The notes under the pieces: model-generated | What the model was told of the DNA's origin: nothing | The model's input: only the letters and a program-made list of their open reading frames with translations | Database searches by the model: none | Shown: positions 55,268-64,000 of the stretch, one piece after another | Layout: each line of letters starts with the position of its first letter | Position numbering within the stretch: the stretch's first letter is position 1 | Position numbers and translations under genes: made by a program | Source: Octopus sinensis | Taxonomy: Eukaryota | Assembly: GCF_006345805.1 (NCBI RefSeq) | Contig: NC_043004.1 | Coordinates: 56,854,001-56,918,000, forward strand | DNA length: 64,000 bases | Direction of reading: 5' to 3'

Positions 55268-55381
55268 TATATATTATATAGAGTAAGGAAAAATTTTTTT
55301 TTTTTTTTTTTAAATGCAGAATGCTCAATGAAAAGAAAATTTTAATAAAATGAGAAATTGATAAAATATATAATATATATT

Positions 55382-55422
55382 TATTCAACCGGTTTTCGTC
55401 ATTGTATGACTTGTCAAGAATA
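55382..55422 (-). ncRNA. Degenerate minimal hammerhead in the PLE 3' end
   Basis: TATTC-TTGACAA-GTCA-tacaa-TGAC-GAAAAC-CG-GTT|GAATA. Stems are perfect, while the core has C3U, G8A and an extra A. Confidence 0.65.
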
Positions 55423-56064
55423 TTTATGTTTTAAAAAGTTTTTTTTAAAATTAGAAAGTGGAAGAAAAGAGATTGCATTGTTTTTTGTAAAAGAATAATG
55501 ATAAAAATGTACAAAAATTAAAAAATAAGTTCTCCGATACATTGTGAGTTCGTTGTGTATCTTGAGTTTTATGGTTGTTTACGAAAAAATTACCTTGAGG
55601 TGTTAAGATCCAAAGGGATTAAGAGCATGTGTTGTGTTGTTAAATTCAGCATGTTTGCAGGACAGGAAGTAGTAGTAATTGTGGTCCTGGTTCTTCAGTT
55701 CCTGTGTTGTGAGTAAGGGGAGACAACTCTTTTGAGTTCTTCAATAAAACCCAAATTATAAAATTATCATTTTAGCTTCATTTGCGTTATCATTTTTATA
55801 TAATTGCTTGTTAACTTACTTTCAGATTTTAACACTTTATTTATATTATTTTCTAATTATATAAATCTGCATAGACAATTGCATTTCAAATTGTCATATC
55901 ATTTATAATAAAAATGATAGTAATACAACAATAGTAAAAATGATATTTAAAGAATATAAGTTTTAGCTTGAAGTGATGAATGCATGGTATCTTATATATA
56001 TTTGGTTAGTCCATCCATGAAGAGTGAGGTAGAGAAAGGAAGTTTGATACGAGGAGTTTGCATA

Positions 56065-57090
56065 TTAAGTTGTGTTTGGATTTTTCAATAAAGAGATTCT
56101 CCTTGTTAATTCTCTCCTGTGTGGTGATCCCGTCTTTACATTGTAGAAGGGGAATATATAGAATTTGGGGTTTAAGTCTTTAGCACATGAGTCTAAGTGG
56201 TCATCTCAGTGGAATTTGTCGGTATTCCGGAGAGATTTATTTGTTCTTATGCACCGTTACTCGTTTCGCGTAACGGGAGACTCGTTTGTCCAACATAATT
56301 ATGTTGGCAACCAGCGCATGTGAGAACGTAGATAAGGTTCTCGGAGGAACAGGAGAAGTTAGTCTTGATTTTAAACTTCGTACCTTGTTTGAAGGTAATT
56401 CAGAGCCTTCAAGTAGAAAGGGCAGGGGTACCCACACAGTTTGAGCGTGCACATTTTTTTACTGTTGGGGGTGGATGTGGTGTGTGAAGTTGGCATTTGT
56501 CAAGAGTTTTTTAAAGATTTGTGTTGCATTTTGCATTTGAGGATTTTGTGTGTGTTATAATGTTTTCATTTTTGGGTCTGTTGACAGTAGACTGAGGTTT
56601 TGTATGATTGTGGTGTATGCTTCGATATTTTTGGGGTTGTGGGTGGAAATGTATGGAAGTATTTTGAGGTTGTGTGTGGTGTTAGGTTGGGTGGTTTTCA
56701 GTGTATGTGGTCTAGTTCTTTGGCGCGTTTTATTCCATACTCTATAAGGGTGGAGGGATATTGACGTTGTAATAGTGTTTTTTTGAGGTCTTGAAGGCGT
56801 ATTTCTCGTGTTTTTGGATCCGAGACAATGGTGCATACCCTTTTAGCTAAATTGAAAGGGATATTTGTCTTGGTGTGTTTTGGGTGGCATGAACTAAAGA
56901 GGAGGTATTGTTGTGAGTCTGTAGGTTTGTGGTAGATGTCTGTTATGACAGAAGTAACCCATTATGAGGTTCGCAAGGACTGGTACAGCCTTGGTACCCA
57001 TCGCAATGCCACATTTTTGACGGTAGTGTGTGTCGTCGAAGAGAAAAAAATTGTTTGTCAGAATGAACTTGAGAGATTCTGTAATAAAAG
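56065..57090 (-). pseudogene. PLE RT (motif 4 and thumb) and GIY-YIG endonuclease relic
   Basis: Hand translation as above. It is frameshifted, and the YLDD segment is missing from this strand. Confidence 0.9.
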
Positions 57091-57098
57091 ACTGGGTT

Positions 57099-57389
57099 AC
57101 TTCATAATGGGTTACTTCGAACTGTCACTCTATGAAATATCAAGCCAGAAATTTGGACATGTTTTCCACACCTACCTAATGGAAAACTGGAAAAGGTATT
57201 TAGATGATTGTTTCATCATATGGAAAGAACCTTATGAAAAACTCCTGGAATTCAAAACCATACTAAACAACATACATCCCAACATCCAATTCACTATGGA
57301 ATTAAGCAAACATCATCTCCCATTCCTTGATCTCCTAATTATAAAAACACCTAAGAACCAAATCATAACAGACATCTACCACAAACCTA
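57099..57389 (+). pseudogene. Inverted PLE RT catalytic segment
   Basis: ORF 56936-57430 contains MGYFELSLYE..NWKRYLDDCFIIWK..NNIHPNIQFTME..LPFLDLLI..ITDIYHKP. Confidence 0.92.
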
Positions 57390-57394
57390 AATGT

Positions 57395-57668
57395 ATAGTA
57401 AAGAACCCCTTCAGTCGTGAACGGATATAAGATTGAACATAGAAGGTTCCTCTGCGTGGCAAAAGTCCGGGGAATATTGTTTATGGAAGACCCGATGACA
57501 CCCATGCATACCAGCGTATGCTCTGTCCGCCACCGATGTCATTCAAGGGAAAGCCAAAAGTCAGTACAGCCTGGCACCAGTGACGTTGCAACTTATTTCT
57601 ACAACTCAGTTAACTGGAGCAATACCAAATAAACAAAACACACAACCGATCAGGGAATCGAACTCGCT
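57395..57668 (-). mobile_element. tRNA-derived SINE, family of 30647-30982
   Basis: Reverse complement matches gagttcgattcc..ccagtt.actga..gcaacgtcac.ggtgcca.gctgta. Confidence 0.75.
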
Positions 57669-57671
57669 TCT

Positions 57672-58042
57672 TTAGTTCTTTTATATGGCTTCAGTCATCT
57701 GACAGCAGTCATGCTGTAGCACCGCCTTTAGACGAACAGACACCAGAATTTATTCTTTGTAAGCATGATACTGATTCTATCGGTTTATTTTGCCGAACCG
57801 CAAAGTTACTGGGACTTAAGCACACCAGTTGTCAAGCGATGGTGGGGTGGGGGACCAAATATAGACTCACAAACACATATATATTTAAATACGACGGGCT
57901 TCTTTCAGTTTCCGTCTACCAAATCCACATACAAGATTTTGGTGGGCCCGAGGCTATAGTGGAAGACACTTGCCAAGTGGGACTGAACCTGGAACCATAT
58001 GGTTGAGAAGCATACTTCTCACCACATAGCCACTCCTGCGCC
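57672..58042 (-). mobile_element. OK-like SINE
   Basis: Family motifs in reverse orientation, ending cactcctgcgccta. Confidence 0.88.
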
Positions 58043-58082
58043 TATACATCCATCCATCCATCCATACATACATACATACATA

Positions 58083-58129
<47 letters not shown>

Positions 58130-58132
<3 letters not shown>

Positions 58133-58331
58133 TGCAGGAGTGGCTGTGTGGTAGGTAGCTTGCTAACCAACAACATGGTTCCGGGTTCAGTCACACTGCG
58201 TGGCATCTTGGTCAAGTGTCCTCTACTATAGTCCCAGGCCGACCAAGGCCTTGTGAGTGGGTTTGGTAGACGGAAACCGAAAGAAGCCTGTCGTCGTATA
58301 TATTGTATATATATATTATATATATAATATA

Positions 58332-58363
<32 letters not shown>

Positions 58364-58600
58364 GTTGTGTGTGGTGTGTGTGTGTGTGTGTGTGTGTGTT
58401 TGTGTGTCTGTGTTTGTCCCTCTAGCATTGCTTGACAACCGATTCTGGTGTGTATATGTCCCCGTCACTTAGCGGTTCGGCAAAAAAGACCGATAGTATA
58501 AGTACTATAGTACAAAAAGAAGAAGTCCCGGGAGTCGAGTTGCTCGACTAAAGGCGGTGGTCAAGCATGGCCGCAGTCAAATGACTGAAACAAATAAAAG
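58130..58600 (+). mobile_element. OK-like SINE
   Basis: Full head, body and tail. Confidence 0.9.
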
Positions 58601-58620
58601 ATATATATACACTGGTTCGC

Positions 58621-58694
<74 letters not shown>

Positions 58695-59118
58695 CACATT
58701 CAATATATGAATTTGCTGTCGTTTCTACATGCGTATGTGTATGTATCAGTGGGAAAGGTCATCCCCTACTGGTTATACACACGCAGTGTTTGTTTAATCT
58801 TCACATTAGCTTTTATTATTATTACTTTTAGTTCAATTTAAGTACGTATTTCACAGCTACACAATATAGTGGTGTATGATCTACGCTGCAATTATTATAT
58901 TTTACGTACCTGCATTACTACATATTTATTCACAGATATGCTGACTTAACAAAATGAATAGTGAATAAGGGACGTAACCGTGTACGACCTTTTTGCTTAT
59001 GTCATCAAGGGAGATAAGTAGACCGAGTTGCAGCTATAATCACCGATTGATCTTTGCGGGTGTAATTATGACTATATGTGTGTTTCGTTATATAATATTA
59101 TCATATATATATATTATA

Positions 59119-59183
<65 letters not shown>

Positions 59184-59261
59184 TATGATAGATAGATATG
59201 TTGTATAATTTAGAAAGAATATCTATAACAATTCTAATAACAAAAGCTATATAATATTTTA

Positions 59262-59405
59262 GGCGTGACTGCGTGATAAGTAGCCTGCTTCCCAAACACA
59301 TGGTTTCGGGTCCAACCTGTGCAGTGGTCTTCTGGTACAACCTCAGGCCGTCCTGTCTTGTGAATGGATTTTGTGAGAGGGAAAGTGCAGAATCCAGTCA
59401 TGTAC

Positions 59406-59448
<43 letters not shown>

Positions 59449-59765
59449 TATATATATATATATATATAGATATATATATATTTGTGTCTGACTGTGTGTG
59501 TACGCGTTCGTCTGTGTCTGTATGCGTGAGTGAGGGTGTATGTCTGCGTGGCCACCCGTGTGTGTTTGTCTCTCCATCACTACTTCACAACTTGTATATG
59601 TTCTCACAGTTATTTTCTGCTGCGGCCAAAAAAAAAATAATAATAAAGAACCATTGAAATAACTATATCAGGTTTTAAACAATGTACTGGTTTCAGCTCA
59701 ATCGTCAAAGCGGTGCCCCAGCATGGTAACTGTCTAATGACCGAAACAACGAAAAGATAAAAGAT
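59262..59765 (+). mobile_element. Diverged OK-like SINE
   Basis: Degenerate head at 59262-59400 and tail at 59560-59765. Confidence 0.65.
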
Positions 59766-59831
59766 ATCGTAAAATATATATAACCACCACAATTCCTTAG
59801 GACCGCTACATGTCTCTGTGACTGAGTGTAA

Positions 59832-59907
<76 letters not shown>

Positions 59908-59938
59908 ATATATATATATATATATATATATAGTATAT

Positions 59939-60105
59939 AGCCGCAGAGTGGCTGTGTGGTAAGTAGCTTGCTAACCAGCCACATGGTTCCGGGTTCAGTC
60001 CCACTGCGTGGCATCTTGTGCAAGTGTCTTCTGCTATAGCCCCGGCCGACTACACCAATGCCTTGTGAGTGGATTTGGTAGACGGAAACTGAAAGAAGCC
60101 TGTCG

Positions 60106-60180
<75 letters not shown>

Positions 60181-60385
60181 GTATGTGTGTGTGTTTGTGT
60201 GTCAGTGTCTGTCCCCCTAGCAATTGCTTGACAACCGATGCTGGTGTGTTTACGTCCCCGTCAGCTAGCGGTTCGGCAAAAGAAACCGATAGAATAAGTA
60301 CTGGGCTTACAAGGAATAGTCCCGGAAGCGATCTGCTCGACTAAATGCGGTGCTCCAGCATGGCCGCAGTCAAATGATCGAAAGA
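59939..60385 (+). mobile_element. OK-like SINE
   Basis: Full head, body and tail. Confidence 0.9.
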
Positions 60386-60680
60386 AATTTAAAAAAATAC
60401 ATGCATACACACATACATACATATACACACACACACACGTGCACACAAACACACACACACAACACATATATGTATATAAAGAAATGACTGAGATTCGGTT
60501 GAATTAGGTACTTAAGTTGAATTACCAATTCGGTCCGCTATTATCCGCCAGCTCGAAGAAAGGTGAATCCAAGCAAAATTAGTAACAGGATATCAAGTGG
60601 GTCGTACTGCATTACTACTTGATATGCTGTTGATTATTTTGATATATATACATGCATACATATATATACACACACACGTA

Positions 60681-60726
<46 letters not shown>

Positions 60727-60925
60727 TATTATATATATGCATATATGTACATACCTACATATATACGTATATATACGTGTATTTATGGGTACATGACGTA
60801 AAAATATACGTGAACAAAATGAGAAAGGATACATTAAATACAAAAACATGGAAAACGAACTTCTTCCGAACAACGAAATAAGCAAATAGAGAAACGAGAC
60901 GGCAGCTTAAAGACATTCCCTTTAT

Positions 60926-60972
<47 letters not shown>

Positions 60973-61091
60973 TATATATATCTATATATATATATATATA
61001 TGCGTGTGTGTATGTGGTTTGTGTGGTGTGTGTTTGTGTATCTGTGTGTGTATGTGATTGGTCGTGATTCTCTGCATTCTCTCTCTCTCTG

Positions 61092-61134
<43 letters not shown>

Positions 61135-61388
61135 TACATACAGAGTGAGAGATAAAGAGAGTTGGGGAGAGAGAGACAGGGAGGTTTTCTATGATGATAT
61201 ATATATTTTGTATTGACAGTAGAGTATTGGAGTGATGATTAATCTATGAATCAACAAAATGACAAATACATTTGTTATATTGAATCAGATATTGGTTATA
61301 CTTGGGGGACGGTCATATTTGGCCACTTTGACACACGCATTATATATTTGGTCCCCACTTCACTTTATCCTTATTGTTTTTGTCATTT

Positions 61389-61434
61389 AATCGAAGCTCT
61401 TTCGTCACACATCCTGTGACCTCATCAGCGACCC
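61389..61434 (-). ncRNA. Minimal type I hammerhead with full consensus core
   Basis: GGGTCG-CTGATGA-G-GTCACA-ggatg-TGTGAC-GAAA-G-AG-C-TT|CGATT. Predicted cleavage is between 61394 and 61393. Confidence 0.78.
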
Positions 61435-61595
61435 TGAATCCGACACGTCTCCTCTTCTTCTACTTACTCAATTTACTGCGTATGTTTAATTGATAAGATT
61501 AATTTATAACAAACTTAAGGATTATGAAACTTGTTTATAGAAAATAACTTATTAATTTATGGAATTTAATAAAAGAAGTATACGGTTTTCTACTT

Positions 61596-62006
61596 CACCG
61601 TTACTCTCTTTTACTCTTTTACTTGTTTCAGTCATTTGACTGTGGCCATGCTGGAGCACCACCTTTAGTCAAGCAACTCGTCTTTTTGTAAGCCCAGTAC
61701 TTATTCTATCGGTCTCTTATTGCCGAACCGCTAGGTTACGGAGACGTAAACACACCAGCATCGGTTGTCAAGCAATGCTATGGGAACAAACACAGACACA
61801 CAAACACACAAACATACACATACATATATATATATACATATATACGACAGGCTTCCTTCAGTTTCCGTCTACCAAATCCACTCACAAGGCATTGGTCGGC
61901 CCGGGGCTATAGCAGAAGACACTTGCCCAAGATGCCACGCAGTGGGACTGAACCCGGAACCATGTGGTTGTTTAGCAAGCTACTTATCAGACAGTCACTC
62001 CTGCGC
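61596..62006 (-). mobile_element. OK-like SINE
   Basis: Family motifs in reverse orientation. Confidence 0.9.
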
Positions 62007-62569
62007 CTTTTATATCGACATTTATAACAAGAATGACATACCATCATGACTATCCGTATTTGTTAACTTCTATTTTTTCCACTCACTGGAACAAATTGAC
62101 GGATATTCATCGAACTAATCCACACCAGTAGTAATATAAGAAGTCTGGTACTCTATAAACTTTTTATCTGCTAAATTACTGGGTCCTCTCTAAACCAGCG
62201 ATGGATGGGGAGCAGAGAACTGACATGCACAGACGTAGACACACATTCATGTACAAGCAGATGATACTACAGACTCGTGCGCGCGTACACGCACAACGGT
62301 ACACTCTACACATGGTCAGTGGAAAACACTCGCCGAAGATTCCATGGAGTGAAACTGAACATGAAAGTAAGTGGTTGGAAAACAAATTTCTTACCACACA
62401 GTTACGACTGCGACTATATATGTATACATACAGACACACACACACACGTGTGTGTGTGCACATACATATATATGTGTGCTAGTGTGCTTGTATGTGTATG
62501 TATATGTTTTTTGTATGTTTACGTAGGTGTGTCTGTGTGGGATTGTGTAGTGGTGTATGTTTGAGTGTT

Positions 62570-62593
62570 TTCTTGCTCTCTCTCTCTCTCTCC

Positions 62594-62661
<68 letters not shown>

Positions 62662-62708
62662 TTCCATCTATCTATCTATTTCCATCTATCTATCTATCTA
62701 TCTATCTA

Positions 62709-62740
<32 letters not shown>

Positions 62741-62760
62741 GCTCACTCACTCTATCTATT
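62570..62760. repeat. (CT)n and (CTAT)n microsatellite
   Basis: Direct inspection. Confidence 0.96.
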
Positions 62761-63680
62761 CATCTGTCTATCCCCCTTCTTACCTCTTTAGATAACTGCC
62801 TCTACGCTCACGCTTTTGCATTTATTGCCTAGTTCTGAAATTAGTACATCAACAGTTGAAGTTATTAACAAATTTGAGTTTATTAGGTATCACATTACCA
62901 TATGTCCATTGCTGAAGGTCTGTTTGTGTTGTAATATATTTATGCAATCAAATGTTTAGTCTAATAAAGGTAGCCATTTTGAATCATATGTTTAGTCTAA
63001 TAAAGGTAGCCATTTTGAAACGAATCTTTCTTTACGGTCTCTTTGTTTGTTAGTTGTTTATTCACCTTTACTCGGTAGTATTAAAGGAGTTTTATTCAAC
63101 GAACCAAATTGCCGAATTAACAGAATCGTTTGAAATTTGCGTAGGATGCTAATCGGCATTTGTTTAAAGCTCTGTGCCCTGAGTTCAGAATCGCCGTGTT
63201 CAACTTTGAATTGCCATCCGAGTTCGATCAAACTTAGAGCCATACAAAGGTGATTGATACACTGAGGTTGTTAGAGGTTCGGTCGGGAAGATTTTTCTAA
63301 TTCCGTTTTGTATGTATGTATGTATGTATATTTTCCATAATATGCATTCTTCCTCTGAGAAAGGAGAAAGTTTGTAACGAAGATATTAAGCTCCATCGTT
63401 GGCCAAATTCCATCCCTATGTCAGTTGAAAATTTTAAATGTAGATCTTGAAGTCATTTACAAAGGAATTATGTATTACATTGATATATCTAGCATTTAGC
63501 CATTATCTCTTTCTCGTGTTAATTCAGAATAATTTTGACCAGCCAAACATTTGGTGGAAAAGTTGTGACGGAAAGCAGCTTACTTTGTTCATCATCTTTT
63601 AAAATTTGAACACTCTGTGAAACACCCTGGTGGTCCGCAAATGTAGTACTGGGAGTCCAAAAACTAAATTCAAAATTTCG

Positions 63681-63731
<51 letters not shown>

Positions 63732-63732
63732 T

Positions 63733-63895
63733 GGCTGTGTTGTAGGTAGCTTGTTTACCAACCACATGGTTCCGGGTTCAGTCCCACTGCGTGGCACTTG
63801 GGCAAGTGTCTTCTACTATAGCCTCGGGCCGACCAAATCCTTGTGAGTGGATTGGTAGGCGGAAACTAAAAGAAGCCCGTCGTATATATGTATAT

Positions 63896-63939
<44 letters not shown>

Positions 63940-64000
63940 TATATATTTCGTGTATGTTTGTGTGTCTGTGTTTGTCTCCCTAGCATGCTTGACAACCGAT
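63733..64000 (+). mobile_element. OK-like SINE, cut by the window end
   Basis: Family head and body motifs are present. Confidence 0.88.

Larger units (their letters stand above)
55280..57389 (-). mobile_element. 5'-truncated, rearranged Penelope-like element (RT + GIY-YIG)
   Basis: Minus strand: RT motif YRQKCGIAMGTKAVPVLANLIMGYF, thumb TDSQQYLLFSSCHP..TKTNIPFNLAKRVCTIVSD, EN NLIYVLTCAGCQHNYVGQT, 3'UTR with HHR relic, then (TA)n. Confidence 0.92.

Noticed and set aside
62953-63019. 36-bp tandem duplication (also a 14-bp one at 18719-18746)
   Set aside because: Ordinary slippage duplications with no further structure.

Overview
Eukaryotic, very AT-rich, repeat-saturated genomic DNA, most likely intergenic or deep-intronic octopus (coleoid cephalopod) sequence. 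The organism is inferred from the tRNA-derived SINE families and microsatellite load, not from a search. No host protein-coding exon can be supported with confidence, and most listed ORFs are translations of (TA)n/(CA)n/(CTAT)n microsatellites. Identifiable content: about 20 tRNA-derived SINE copies from three families; three decayed Penelope-like (PLE) retroelements (two GIY-YIG/RT copies with internal inversions, one Naiad-like RT); R4/Dong-like and CRE-like non-LTR relics; Tc1/mariner relics; two Helitron-type non-autonomous elements; a MITE; and several fold-back palindromes. The main unexplained signal is a dense set of minimal type I hammerhead ribozyme (HHR) motifs from several unrelated repeat families, most with a short self-complementary stem III. 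Two have a fully canonical catalytic core (51059-51136 and 61389-61434). One sits in a 420-nt non-coding tandem unit with retrozyme-like geometry. Another belongs to a tRNA-headed (Pol III-type) element that inserted as a head-to-head dimer with a 10-bp TSD. All structures were folded by eye, and no database search or folding program was run.
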